64,000 bases of DNA from assembly GCA_965204375.1 (NCBI GenBank), contig OZ241986.1, positions 1,920,001-1,984,000 of the forward strand, written 5' to 3'. Every line of letters starts with the position of its first letter. The first letter of the stretch is position 1. A program made the position numbers and the translations under genes. The stretch is from Candidatus Latescibacterota bacterium (GTDB lineage Bacteria > Latescibacterota > UBA2968). Shown here piece after piece: positions 27,381-36,982 of the stretch. Below the pieces are notes generated by a model that ran no database searches, was not told the DNA's origin, and saw only the letters and a list, made by a program, of their open reading frames with translations.

Positions 27381-28600
27381 GGTCTAACTGTTTCAAGCCT
27401 CTGAAGGGGCTTATCGGCAATGGGCAGATGAACGAGCGATGAAGTCACAGCCAGGAGAATAGCGGCAATCCAAATGAGGTCGTAAGACCCCGTTGCATCA
27501 TACACGCGCCCGGCCAGCCACACGCCCAAAAAACTGCCGATCTGGTGGCTGAAAAAAACAATACCATACAGCGTGGAAAGATAGCGCGACCCAAAAATCT
27601 GCGCGACAGTGCCACTCGTCAGCGGAACAGTTGCAAGCCATAAGAACCCGATCAGACTGCCAAACACAAGGGCCGACGTATTTGTAACGGGTATGAACAG
27701 AAAGCCACTAATGACAAGCCCACGCCCCAAATAGAGCAAACTCAAGAGATATTTTTTGCGATATCGGTCGCCGAGCTGCCCTGAAAGATAAGACCCAAAA
27801 ATATTAAAAAGGCCAATCAGCGATAACGCCGTTGCCCCAACCATCTTTGAAAGGCCGTAATCGGTCAAAAATGCGGGCAGGTGCGTGGCGATAAATGCCA
27901 CGTGAAATCCACACACAAAAAATCCCGCATTGAGCAACCAGTACCCCGAATGACCGCGCGCTTGAAGAAGTGCTTGCAACAGACTGCCATCGTCGGATTC
28001 AACGGTATTAGGGGACACTTCTCGCCCGCGCTGTGGAATCCCAATAGCGAGAAAAGCACTCGCCCCCGCAACCAGCGCAATAAAAGCGAATGAAGATTGC
28101 CAGCCCAAATCAGAGAGAAGCCATTGCACACCCGGCACAATTGCAAACGTTCCAAAAGAACCCGCGGCAGTAATAAGCCCAAAAAACGAGGCGCGTTTTT
28201 CCGGCGCAACAACCTGAGCGACCGCACCGAGGACCACCACATAAGAAATGCTGCTAAGCGCAATGCCCATGAGCACACCGAGCACGGTGTACAGACCAGG
28301 AGGCGTGCTCACAGAAGACAAAAGAAAAAAACAGACGGCATAGAGCAACGCGCCGCCAGCGACAACCCATCGCGGTCCAAAACGATCTGCAACAATGCCC
28401 AGGATAGGCAAACCAAAAATGAGGTTTTGCCACGCGATAGCCAAGCTAAAAACCTCGCGTCCAATGCCGAGATCCCGGCTGATCGGTGACAAAAAAAGGC
28501 CAAAGGATTGGCGAATGCCCATGCTGACAAACACAATCACGGCACTGCAAAATATGACAATAGTCGCTTTGCGATTGGGCACTTTCCGATCCCACCTCAT
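27377..28600 (-). CDS. MFS transporter
   Basis: GIRQSFGLF, GIVADRFGPR, GFFVCGFH, TVPLTSG, FSHQIGSFLG; about 12 TM helices. Confidence 0.9.
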   Translation of the reverse strand: MRWDRKVPNRKATIVIFCSAVIVFVSMGIRQSFGLFLSPISRDLGIGREVFSLAIAWQNLIFGLPILGIVADRFGPRWVVAGGALLYAVCFFLLSSVSTPPGLYTVLGVLMGIALSSISYVVVLGAVAQVVAPEKRASFFGLITAAGSFGTFAIVPGVQWLLSDLGWQSSFAFIALVAGASAFLAIGIPQRGREVSPNTVESDDGSLLQALLQARGHSGYWLLNAGFFVCGFHVAFIATHLPAFLTDYGLSKMVGATALSLIGLFNIFGSYLSGQLGDRYRKKYLLSLLYLGRGLVISGFLFIPVTNTSALVFGSLIGFLWLATVPLTSGTVAQIFGSRYLSTLYGIVFFSHQIGSFLGVWLAGRVYDATGSYDLIWIAAILLAVTSSLVHLPIADKPLQRLETVRP

Positions 28601-29895
28601 CTATGAACTACTGTCCCATATTCATTCGGAATCGGCCCGTCGTATTCCCAGGTTTCCCAGGGCGTATCCCGATGCGATTCCCGAACGATGGCTCGAATTT
28701 TCGAAACAATATCTGGATATTCGGCTGCGAGATCATTTTGTTCGCCAATATCCGTCGCCAAATCATAGAGTTCAACAACGCCTTCGGGATTGGTATGCCC
28801 CTCGGGTAAATACGCTTTCCAATCACCCAGACGAACAGCACTGACCCCGCGCCGCTCCCAGTAGAGAAATTCGTGCGCTTGTTGGGTATCACTGCCCAGG
28901 AGTGCGGGCAACATAGAAATGCCATCAACCGGTTCCTCGATAGACGCATCAGCCAATTCGCAGAACGTGGGCAACATATCCTGAAAACCCGAATAATGTG
29001 TGCTCACAGTACCGGGTTGAATCGTTCCCGGCCACCGTGCGACAAAGGGCACGCGGATACCACCTTCATAGAGGCTCCCCTTTTTTGCGCGAAGGGCACC
29101 AGCCGCGTTGAAGTGTCCAAGCGTATTGCCACTGCCGTGGGGACCGTTATCGCTCGTGAAGATAACAAGCGTATTTTCGGCAATGCCAAGCGCGTCGAGC
29201 ATATCCAAAAGCGTGCCAATATCGCGGTCCATACGCGTAATCATAGCCGCCTGTGTTTTCTGATTTTCTGTCCAGGGTTTGTCTTTGTAAATATCGAGAG
29301 ATGGAATTTCGAATCTGGTGTGTGGAATGGTATAGGCCAAATAAAGGAAAAAGGGGTTAGATTTCTGATCGCGCACAAATTGCAAAGCCTCAGCCGTGAG
29401 CAGATCGTGTGAATACGATTCGCCGTAGAGCATAATTTTCTGATCGTTGCGCCAGAGGTGCTGAGGATAATACGTGTGGGCTTCGCGCTGGCAATTGTAC
29501 CCAAAAAAGTGATCGAACCCCTGATTGTTGGGATCGCCTTCCGATCCCGGGTACCCCAATCCCCATTTGCCAATGCAAGCAGTGGCATAACCGCCCTTTT
29601 TGAGCAATTTGGCAACCGTCTGCGTCTCCCCGGGAATGGGCACATTGCCCTCAATGGGCAAAGCGCGATTGTCCCGCACATAACAATGTCCCGTATGCAG
29701 ACCCGTCATGAGCACACACCGCGAGGGCGCACACACCGAAGACCCGGCATAGTGATCCGTAAACCGAATGCCCTCTGCTGCAATGCGATCAATATTGGGC
29801 GTATAAATAAACTCCTGTCCAAAACAACCCAGGTCGCCATAGCCGAGATCGTCTGAGAGGATGTAGATAATATTGGGTAGAGAATTTTTAGACAT
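28597..29895 (-). CDS. Arylsulfatase (formylglycine-dependent), no signal peptide
   Basis: PNIIYILSDDLGYGDLG, CAPSRCVLMTG (CxPxR), GKWGLG, SDNG, KGSLYEGGIRVP. Confidence 0.93.
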   Translation of the reverse strand: MSKNSLPNIIYILSDDLGYGDLGCFGQEFIYTPNIDRIAAEGIRFTDHYAGSSVCAPSRCVLMTGLHTGHCYVRDNRALPIEGNVPIPGETQTVAKLLKKGGYATACIGKWGLGYPGSEGDPNNQGFDHFFGYNCQREAHTYYPQHLWRNDQKIMLYGESYSHDLLTAEALQFVRDQKSNPFFLYLAYTIPHTRFEIPSLDIYKDKPWTENQKTQAAMITRMDRDIGTLLDMLDALGIAENTLVIFTSDNGPHGSGNTLGHFNAAGALRAKKGSLYEGGIRVPFVARWPGTIQPGTVSTHYSGFQDMLPTFCELADASIEEPVDGISMLPALLGSDTQQAHEFLYWERRGVSAVRLGDWKAYLPEGHTNPEGVVELYDLATDIGEQNDLAAEYPDIVSKIRAIVRESHRDTPWETWEYDGPIPNEYGTVVHR

Positions 29896-29920
29896 GAATT
29901 ATGGCCTAACCTTGTTCTAA

Positions 29921-30849
29921 GAAGCTGTTTTAAAACCCTGGCGTTTAAGCAAGTCTGTTAATTAAGAGATAAATCATACCGATGTGAATAAAGGCTTCAC
30001 TGTTGTCCGTTAAGCGTTCATAATCCTTTGACAGTCGGCGGAAATTGAATAACCAAGCAAAGGTGCGTTCAATGACCCAACGGCGTTTGACTATTTGAAA
30101 GCCTTCCCCTTTTGGGGTAACGACCTCAAGATCAATCTTATGTGTTTGTTTTCTATCAGCGACCCATTCCTTGAGGTCTTCGCCGCGATATCCGCCATCA
30201 ACCCACAGCTTGCGTAAGCGTGTCACGCCTGTTTCAAAATACTGATTGAGCACCTTTTTGAGGCCATCACGATCTTGGAGATTAGCCGGTGAGACATAGG
30301 TGCTGATGACCAGTCCGAGGGTATCGACAAGCAGATGGCGTTTTCGTCCATTGATCTTCTTTCCCGCATCGTAACCCTTTGAGTCTGCTTGTGTTGCTGT
30401 CTTAACACTTTGGCTGTCAATACAGCCTGCTGATGCGTCAGGCTTGCGCCCTTGCCGTTTGCGCTCCCTACGTGAGAGTGCTTGTTGCACCTGCTGAAAG
30501 ATGTCTTGCTCGCGCCATTTGTTGAAATAGCCATACACGGTTTGCCAACAGCCAAAGGTATGAGGCAGCATGCGCCATTGGCAGCCCGTCTTCGTCAGAT
30601 ACAGGATGCCATCAAACACGCGTCGCAAATTGGCAGGTGGACGTCCGGGACCTCCTTTTTGCCATTTGCGTTTGGGCAACAAGGGGATCAGCAGTTGCCA
30701 TTGCGCTTGGGTGACATTTGTCGGATATTGTCTTGGCGTATTCATCGCATGTCCTTTCTTTTTAAGGTTTTTGGATACCCTAAATTTGGACTGATGAATA
30801 CGCTTTTTCAACTCTTTTTTTTATTTCTCCATAATTTTAAAACAGCTTC
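29921..30849 (-). mobile_element. Complete IS5-family insertion sequence (IS1031-like), 929 bp
   Basis: Perfect 15-bp terminal inverted repeats GAAGCTGTTTTAAAA (29921-29935) and TTTTAAAACAGCTTC (30835-30849); TAA target duplication at 29918-29920 and 30850-30852. Confidence 0.93.
29945..30745 (-). CDS. IS5 family transposase
   Basis: YPTNVT..QW, GILY..KTGCQWRMLP, IDSQSVKT, GYDAGKKINGRKRHLLVDTLG, VDGGY, RWVIERTFAW..FRRLSKDYE. Confidence 0.95.
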   Translation of the reverse strand: MNTPRQYPTNVTQAQWQLLIPLLPKRKWQKGGPGRPPANLRRVFDGILYLTKTGCQWRMLPHTFGCWQTVYGYFNKWREQDIFQQVQQALSRRERKRQGRKPDASAGCIDSQSVKTATQADSKGYDAGKKINGRKRHLLVDTLGLVISTYVSPANLQDRDGLKKVLNQYFETGVTRLRKLWVDGGYRGEDLKEWVADRKQTHKIDLEVVTPKGEGFQIVKRRWVIERTFAWLFNFRRLSKDYERLTDNSEAFIHIGMIYLLINRLA

Positions 30850-31251
30850 TAACTGACTCAGAAACATCTGCGGTGTCATAATCTGAATACCGCGAAACGG
30901 ATGAAGAATAAGCAGATCATTGTCTCCACTGATAAGGTGTGTAGCCCCACCACTAACAGCCAATTCCAGAAATTTGTTATCCTTCGGATCTCGACATTCG
31001 AGTACAATCTCTGTCACTCGAATCCATTCAGCTTTTCCGATCAGTGTCGCGAGAAATTCTAAACGCTGGACTTCCTTTACATATCTTTCAAAGCGCTGGC
31101 GGCGCAGTACTTCATTGAGTTCGTCAACAGTTGCCTCAGAAATTAATACTTTTCCCTCATCTTGAGCACGATCAAAAGCTCGCCGTGGGACAGAATGGGG
31201 CAAAAGCACAGCACTGACGATTACGCTCGTATCGAAAACGGCCCGTATCAC
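30808..31251 (-). CDS. PIN-domain TA toxin, C-terminus supplied by the IS end
   Basis: AVFDTSVIVSA, CRDPKDNKFLELA, LISGDNDLL.LHPF.GI.I.TP. Confidence 0.9.
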   Translation of the reverse strand: MIRAVFDTSVIVSAVLLPHSVPRRAFDRAQDEGKVLISEATVDELNEVLRRQRFERYVKEVQRLEFLATLIGKAEWIRVTEIVLECRDPKDNKFLELAVSGGATHLISGDNDLLILHPFRGIQIMTPQMFLSQLEAVLKLWRNKKKS

Positions 31252-31466
31252 ACATCCTCCAACAAAGACGCCAAACGTTCCGGAGTCAATCCACGAGCCT
31301 GCGCCTGTTGTCCAATTTCATCCATCACAGCTTTCAAAGATCGCCGAGGACTGAGCGTGAGGTCCTGGAGACAAAGGCGCAAAAGGTATTGCTCTTGAGG
31401 TGACATCTCAGCATAAGCTTTTGCGACTTCTTCATCAACCTGGATCGAGATTGTTGCCATAGCCAT
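31248..31466 (-). CDS. Putative antitoxin of the PIN toxin
   Basis: ISIQVDEEVAKAY...MDEIGQQAQARGLTPE.L..LL; GTGA overlap with the toxin. Confidence 0.75.
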   Translation of the reverse strand: MAMATISIQVDEEVAKAYAEMSPQEQYLLRLCLQDLTLSPRRSLKAVMDEIGQQAQARGLTPERLASLLEDV

Positions 31467-31579
31467 ATCAATATCCTCCTGAAATCCACCATTTCTAAGA
31501 AAGTCATTATTTAGTATATATTATAGCACAACGCGAAATTCTGTCCATCTCGTTCATCCATATCGACAAGGAGCGCGCA

Positions 31580-31774
31580 TTGAAATCTCTAGCAGAAGAA
31601 CGTTTGCGAAATCCTCCGCCAGATAGTGCCATTGCACGAGCACGCGATTTTGGCATAGATCTCACACTGCTCATTGAACGATTGCAATTGACACCTGAAG
31701 AACGTGTATTCCGCCTGCAACAAGAGATGATGGCCTTTGATCAAATACGCGGCAAAGCAAAAAAAGTGGATTAG
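31580..31774 (+). CDS. Small hypothetical protein (GIDLTLL..RL.LTPEER type)
   Basis: AAGGAG RBS before TTG; the motif is recalled from genes beside nucleotidyltransferases. Confidence 0.55.
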   Translation: MKSLAEERLRNPPPDSAIARARDFGIDLTLLIERLQLTPEERVFRLQQEMMAFDQIRGKAKKVD

Positions 31775-32226
31775 GGATTCGCTTGCCTGTATGACTCATA
31801 AGCCGATCGCACGACCTCCCCAGATAGCTTGCCCCTGATGTCATAATTGCGCCGACCTGCCCAGTATTCAGCCCAATGTTCATCACTGGCCATCCAATTA
31901 TTCCAATAGAAGACACCATTTACTATTTCAGGATACTGAGCCATGGTATTGATCAACGCCTGGTAGATGTTGGCCTGGGTTTCTCGTCCGTCATCCAGCC
32001 CGTTGCCGTTCAAGTCGGTAAATACGAATCGCCGACCTTCTGCGATTGATGAATCACCTGGTCTTTGAGGTGATTCAACCACATCTATAACACCATATTC
32101 GGTAAACAAAATGGGACGTCCGGGATTTCTTTCCGTAAGAGGAATAAGCTGGTTTTGGAATATCTGACTATAACTCGCCTGGAAAATTTCGACACTTAGT
32201 ACCGTTGACGGACGCGAGTCCGTCAA
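31771..32226 (-). pseudogene. C-terminal fragment of a GH113-like TIM-barrel glycoside hydrolase
   Basis: RPILFTEYG (nucleophile-like), QANIYQA, GVFYWN; in-frame stops just upstream and no N-terminal half. Confidence 0.55.
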
Positions 32227-32355
32227 TTGAAAACGTGAAAGCTATCAGGGCAACAGGCGTGATCCACCTGCACAAGAATTCTATTTTCTTGCTGACCGAT
32301 ATATATGCGATCTTCACCATCCCCTCAATCCATTTATGATATCGATAAATGGAAT

Positions 32356-33180
32356 TTATTCCTTTAACTCTTCCATAACCCGACGGGTAATTTCCCCGAT
32401 GAGATCGTCCTGGGAAGTTTGGGCATCGGCTGTGCCGCCAGCACTCAACGTGCGAATCGTGGGAATACCGCCGTTGGTCTCAGGTTGTGTTGTAGGTGCA
32501 TCGGGGATATCGCACGCTGGATCGGGGCCGCGAAGCCCCATGCGGTTGCGAATAGCGACCAATTTTTCCACCTGTTCCGCATTGAGTTCGTTATACCCGC
32601 CGAGTTGTTGTGCCACAAAAAGTATTTTTGCAAAATGCTCCAGCGTCTCCATCTTGTAATAGGCATTCATCACATCGGTACCGATCGCAGTCGCACCGTG
32701 ATTTTCCAGCAAATAGGCGTCGTAATCTTTGACATATTGCCTGATCGGTTCAGATATTTCTGGTCCCCCCGGCGTACCGTATTCCACAATGGGTATGGCG
32801 CCGAGAGTAATAACCACCTCGGGCAGAACACACATAGTAAGGGGAACGCCTGCAACCGCAAAACCCGTAGCCGTTGGCGGATGTGCGTGTACCACAGCGC
32901 GCACATCGGGGCGCTCGCGATAGAGAAAAATGTGCATCCCAATTTCTGACGAAGGCCGCTTTTGCCCACTCACAAGCGTGCCATCCATGTCCGTAATACA
33001 GAGATCTTCGACCTTGAGAAATCCCTTGGACATACCCGTTGGCGTAGTGAGAATGCGGTCTTCTTCAATTCGGCATGAAATATTGCCATCATTAGAAGCG
33101 ACAAAGCCGCGTTCGTACACGCGACGCCCGGCTTCAACAATATCGAGTTTGGCCTGATGGAGATTCATTTTATGTCTCAT
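32356..33180 (-). CDS. Class II aldolase (fuculose/rhamnulose-1-phosphate type), BMC-targeted
   Basis: NDGNIS, TPTG.SKG, PSSE..MH, VHAHPP, LLENHGA; C-terminal amphipathic peptide DDLIGEITRRVMEELKE. Confidence 0.9.
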   Translation of the reverse strand: MRHKMNLHQAKLDIVEAGRRVYERGFVASNDGNISCRIEEDRILTTPTGMSKGFLKVEDLCITDMDGTLVSGQKRPSSEIGMHIFLYRERPDVRAVVHAHPPTATGFAVAGVPLTMCVLPEVVITLGAIPIVEYGTPGGPEISEPIRQYVKDYDAYLLENHGATAIGTDVMNAYYKMETLEHFAKILFVAQQLGGYNELNAEQVEKLVAIRNRMGLRGPDPACDIPDAPTTQPETNGGIPTIRTLSAGGTADAQTSQDDLIGEITRRVMEELKE

Positions 33181-33449
33181 CCCTTCATATTAATATCATC
33201 CACAACGCCGACGATAACGGAACGCACCGCAGGCAACTCCACATTGAGAACGAGACCCGCCGCGACGCCTTGCCGGATCACGAGGACAATTTCGCCGCGG
33301 CCAACGCCTGCGGCGTCAACTGCAAGAGCCGATGCACCGTCATCTTTGCCATCGGGCGTAATGGGCTGCACGACCATGAGCTTAGCGCTGTTGTAATCGC
33401 TGTGTTTAATAGTCGATGTGACGCTACCGAGAACGCGGGCCAGGAACAT
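33177..33449 (-). CDS. BMC vertex protein (EutN/CcmL, BMC-P)
   Basis: MFLARVLGSVTSTIKH...LMVVQP...AVDAAGVGRGEIVL...IVGVVD. Confidence 0.9.
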   Translation of the reverse strand: MFLARVLGSVTSTIKHSDYNSAKLMVVQPITPDGKDDGASALAVDAAGVGRGEIVLVIRQGVAAGLVLNVELPAVRSVIVGVVDDINMKG

Positions 33450-33519
33450 ATAGAATTTGGGATTCGGGATTTAGCTGCATTCTCCCCTTCTTCTAAGGAG
33501 AGCCGGAGGGTAGGCTACC

Positions 33520-33783
33520 TCATGCATCGACCTGATCGACAATGCCGACAACTGCCGCATCAACCGGGCCGTATTTATCGGGCAGGGCGTTGGGAGCTTC
33601 TCGTGAACCGACCCAGTAGATGGTTTCCCCATCGCTGGCATTGACCACATCAATAGCGACAAAAGCATCTCCTGCTTTATTGTGCTCGTGATCAATCGGT
33701 TCAACGACAAGCAGTCTAAAACCTTTGAGCGAGGCATCTTTGCGCGTCGCCCAAATTTTGCCAATGACGCGACCCAGGAACAT
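33520..33783 (-). CDS. BMC vertex protein (EutN/CcmL, BMC-P)
   Basis: MFLGRVIGKIWATRKD..L.G.RLLVV...VAIDVV.A..GE...GSREA...PVDAAVVGIVD; start moved to ATG 33783. Confidence 0.92.
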   Translation of the reverse strand: MFLGRVIGKIWATRKDASLKGFRLLVVEPIDHEHNKAGDAFVAIDVVNASDGETIYWVGSREAPNALPDKYGPVDAAVVGIVDQVDA

Positions 33784-33806
33784 TTTTACCTCGCGAGATA
33801 CGGGAC

Positions 33807-35243
33807 TTATACAATTCTGAAGTAGTCGATGAGGGCACAGCGGCGCTGGCGGGTAAATGTGCGGGCAGACGTGCAGCCTTCGCCAGTGGGTGTGGCAATA
33901 GAGAAAGACGTATAGCCCTCGCCACCTGCGCCCAATCCCGCAGATGACGCGCCGTTTTTCACAAAAATCGTACACTTGCACTGGCGAGCCATAACCGTCA
34001 TATTCTCGACATTTTTTGAGTGCATGACCGCCGTGTGGCGATACCCCTGTTCGGCCCGAATAGCCCAGTCAATTGCCCTGTGTACATCGGGTGTGCGAAC
34101 AATGGGGACAAACGGCATCATCTGCTCGTGTTGAACAAAATCGTGCTCATTTTCGACCTCGCCAATCAAAAGCTCTGTATCGGGCGAAATATTGAGACCA
34201 ATTTGAGCAGCAAGCACATGCGCGCTGCGACCGACGAGATCGCGATTGAGCATCCAATCGCCTTTTTCGTCGCGGGGAAACGCGATTTTGGTCAGTGCAT
34301 CAATTTGCGACCGATCGAGTTCCACACAATTATTTGACTTCAGGTGGCGCATCAGTTCATCGGCTACGGATTGAACGGCAAAAACTTCCTTTTCGCCAAT
34401 GCACAAAATATTATTGTCAAAACCGCCGCCTTCAATAATGCCGAGGGCAGCCTTTTCGATATCGGCAGTCTCATCTACGACCACAGGTGGATTGCCAGGC
34501 CCTGCTGCGATCACGCGCTTGGGCGCCTGCATGGCCGCCTTGACAACACCGCCACCGCCGGTGACGAGAACGAGATCAATGCCGGGATGCACAAAAAGGC
34601 TCTGCGCCGTTTCTATAGAAGGTTCGCGCACAGCAACGAGCAAATTCGGTGGACCGCCCGCACCGACAATGGCGCGATTGAGCATTTGCAAACCCAGAGC
34701 CGAAACATCTTTCGCACTCGGATGGGGCGCAAAAACCGCACTATTGCCCGCAGCGATAAAGCTAATTGCATTGTTGACCATCGTGGGCACCGGGTGCGTG
34801 GATGGCGTGACCGCTGCTATCACGCCAAAGGGCGCCATTTCAACAACCGTCAAACCATTGTCGCCCGTCCACGCCGTGGGCTGCAAATCTTCAACGCCAG
34901 GCGTGTGTTGTACAACAACCTCGAGTTTGCGAATTTTGTGCGGCACCTTGCCCATGCCGGTTTCTTCAACGGTTTTTTGCGCGATACCCTTTGAATGCGC
35001 CATAGAGTCTCTGCGAATTGCAACAATCAGATCGCGGCGTTGCTCCAGACTCATTGCTTCGAGGGCACGCTGGGCTTCTGAAGCCGCAGCAATAGCTTCT
35101 TCGAGATCGTCAAAAAGGCCATCGTCGCCTTTGTCTTCATAGCGAGCGGGCGGTGCAATAACCGCAGGAGCTTCGCGCTCAGCCACAAGGCGACGCACGA
35201 CCTGCTCAACCACCGATTGGATTTGAATTTCGTCTAAGTTCAT
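33807..35243 (-). CDS. CoA-acylating aldehyde dehydrogenase (EutE/PduP), BMC-targeted
   Basis: N-terminal peptide IQSVVEQVVRRL; PFGVIAAVTPSTHP, VTGGGGVV, AGPGNPPVVVDETAD, FDNNILCIGEKE, PTGEG.TSARTFTR. Confidence 0.93.
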   Translation of the reverse strand: MNLDEIQIQSVVEQVVRRLVAEREAPAVIAPPARYEDKGDDGLFDDLEEAIAAASEAQRALEAMSLEQRRDLIVAIRRDSMAHSKGIAQKTVEETGMGKVPHKIRKLEVVVQHTPGVEDLQPTAWTGDNGLTVVEMAPFGVIAAVTPSTHPVPTMVNNAISFIAAGNSAVFAPHPSAKDVSALGLQMLNRAIVGAGGPPNLLVAVREPSIETAQSLFVHPGIDLVLVTGGGGVVKAAMQAPKRVIAAGPGNPPVVVDETADIEKAALGIIEGGGFDNNILCIGEKEVFAVQSVADELMRHLKSNNCVELDRSQIDALTKIAFPRDEKGDWMLNRDLVGRSAHVLAAQIGLNISPDTELLIGEVENEHDFVQHEQMMPFVPIVRTPDVHRAIDWAIRAEQGYRHTAVMHSKNVENMTVMARQCKCTIFVKNGASSAGLGAGGEGYTSFSIATPTGEGCTSARTFTRQRRCALIDYFRIV

Positions 35244-35246
35244 ATC

Positions 35247-35537
35247 TCACTTCTGATAAACCGCTTCACCTTCGATTTCTGCCGTATCGATAATAGCGAC
35301 AATCACAGCATCGACAGGACGATCTTCAGTCACACTCGTCATACGGGCGGAACTCCCACTACAACAGAGCACGACTTCGCCATCGCCTGCACCAACAGCA
35401 TCTACGGCGACCAAAAAACTTTCTTTAAGTTCGAATGCGGGCAAATCGAGCGTTTGGACGATCTGGAGCTTAAAACCCGCCAAGCCGCTGTCTTTTTGGG
35501 TGGCAACCACCGTTCCCACCACCTTGCCGAGGGTCAT
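35247..35537 (-). CDS. BMC vertex protein (EutN/CcmL, BMC-P)
   Basis: GKVVGTVVATQKD..L.G.KL...VAVDAVGAG.GEVVL...GSSAR...PVDAVIVAIID. Confidence 0.93.
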   Translation of the reverse strand: MTLGKVVGTVVATQKDSGLAGFKLQIVQTLDLPAFELKESFLVAVDAVGAGDGEVVLCCSGSSARMTSVTEDRPVDAVIVAIIDTAEIEGEAVYQK

Positions 35538-35540
35538 AGT

Positions 35541-35825
35541 TTAGTCGTTTGAAGAGCCGATAGGCAGAATATTTTCAAGGCTACCATGTGGTCGCGGAAT
35601 GACGTGTACAGAAACGAGTTCGCCAATTTTGCCAGCAGCAGCAGCGCCGGCTTCCGTTGCGGCTTTAACGGCTGCCACATCGCCGCGCACAATAGCAGTG
35701 ACATATCCCGCGCCAATGCGTTCCCAATTGACAAATTGGACATTGGCGGCTTTGACCATCGCATCTGCAGCCTCAATCATAGCTACGAGACCTTTGGTTT
35801 CAATCATGCCGAGGGCTTCACCCAT
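35541..35825 (-). CDS. BMC hexamer shell protein (BMC-H, EutM/PduA-like)
   Basis: [26 protein letters not shown]...[10 protein letters not shown]...HVIPRPH. Confidence 0.96.
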   Translation of the reverse strand: MGEALGMIETKGLVAMIEAADAMVKAANVQFVNWERIGAGYVTAIVRGDVAAVKAATEAGAAAAGKIGELVSVHVIPRPHGSLENILPIGSSND

Positions 35826-35847
35826 GTTGTGTCCTCCTAAAAAATGA

Positions 35848-36120
35848 TCATTGATTACTAAAAATAATCGCTTCTACCTGTGGATCGAGATTTGGAATAA
35901 CGTGAGCGGCAACGAGATCCCCAACGCGCTCGGCAGCTTCTGTTCCCACTTCGATAGCTGCGCGAACCGCGCCCACATCGCCGCGCACGAGTGTGGTGGT
36001 ATATCCCGCACCGATTTTTTCGTACTTTTCAATTGCGACGGAAGCCATCTTGACCATCGCATCGGCAGCTTCTGTTGTGCCAATAACGCCGAGTGTTTCA
36101 ATCATACCAAGAGCATTCAT
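35848..36120 (-). CDS. BMC hexamer shell protein (BMC-H)
   Basis: ALGMIETLG.....EAADAMVK...[10 protein letters not shown]...HVIP. Confidence 0.93.
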   Translation of the reverse strand: MNALGMIETLGVIGTTEAADAMVKMASVAIEKYEKIGAGYTTTLVRGDVGAVRAAIEVGTEAAERVGDLVAAHVIPNLDPQVEAIIFSNQ

Positions 36121-36824
36121 TTTATCATAAACGCCGTATCGCCACAGACGAGATCGGCTGCGTTGGCATCGTCGGTATCCAAATGGAGTTCGGGCAAATA
36201 GCTTTCGTCAATTTTGAGGCGAACATTATCATATATAACGCCTTTTTCGCCTCCCACGCGCACCCTGACAGATTCCCGCCCTTGAAAGCCATAATCTATT
36301 ACATCAGATGGACGCAGGTGAATGTGGCGCGCAGCGCGAATAGCCGCGTTGACCGTGATCGACCCCCTGGGACCGATAAAAGTAACAGGTGGCGCATCTC
36401 TCAGGTCTCCCGAATCGCGCACAGGCGGATCAACGCCGATGTAGATGGCATCTGTTCGGGCGAGTTCAACCTGATTATAGTCGCGACTGGGACCGAGAAT
36501 CCGCACGCGCTCAATCGCGCGCAACCGGGGACCAACAACAGAGATGATTTCCTCGGCGGCAAAAGCGCCCGGCTGGTAGAGTTCGCGATAAGGCGTTAAG
36601 GTGTGACCCGCGCCAAAAAGGATCTCCAGAGTTTCGTCATCAACATGTGCATGCCGGGCAGATACACCTACGGAAATGGAAATTTCTTCGCCGTCTCCAC
36701 CGCGTATTTGATGCACGACTTCTCGTGCAATGCGGTCAATAGCATCGCTCTCCCCGATATTCTGTCCGAAAGAACAAAGACCGCAATCATCGCACACAGA
36801 GGCATTTTTTCGAATTGGAAGCAT
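36117..36824 (-). CDS. pduL: Phosphate propanoyltransferase (PduL-type phosphotransacylase)
   Basis: VGVSARHAH, LYQPG.FAAEE, VRILGP.R...QVELARTD, PPVRDSGDL, RHIH, ELHLDTDDANA. Confidence 0.92.
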   Translation of the reverse strand: MLPIRKNASVCDDCGLCSFGQNIGESDAIDRIAREVVHQIRGGDGEEISISVGVSARHAHVDDETLEILFGAGHTLTPYRELYQPGAFAAEEIISVVGPRLRAIERVRILGPSRDYNQVELARTDAIYIGVDPPVRDSGDLRDAPPVTFIGPRGSITVNAAIRAARHIHLRPSDVIDYGFQGRESVRVRVGGEKGVIYDNVRLKIDESYLPELHLDTDDANAADLVCGDTAFMIK

Positions 36825-36982
36825 CGCCGAAATTTGGTATCAGGTGCTGTTTACAAAAGGCGAAAAATAGCCCATGACTGCTGTAAAGTCAAGGTTAAAC
36901 ACGCTATAAAAAAGCACGATGCTTGACAAGTACCTCGCTTTGAACCAAATTCAGAGAAAATGTCTTATTTTCCCTAACCATC

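Noticed and set aside
29945-30811. Programmed frameshift or longer N-terminus in the IS5 transposase
   Set aside because: The transposase is a single frame; ATG 30745 has an AAAGGA RBS and matches the family N-terminus.
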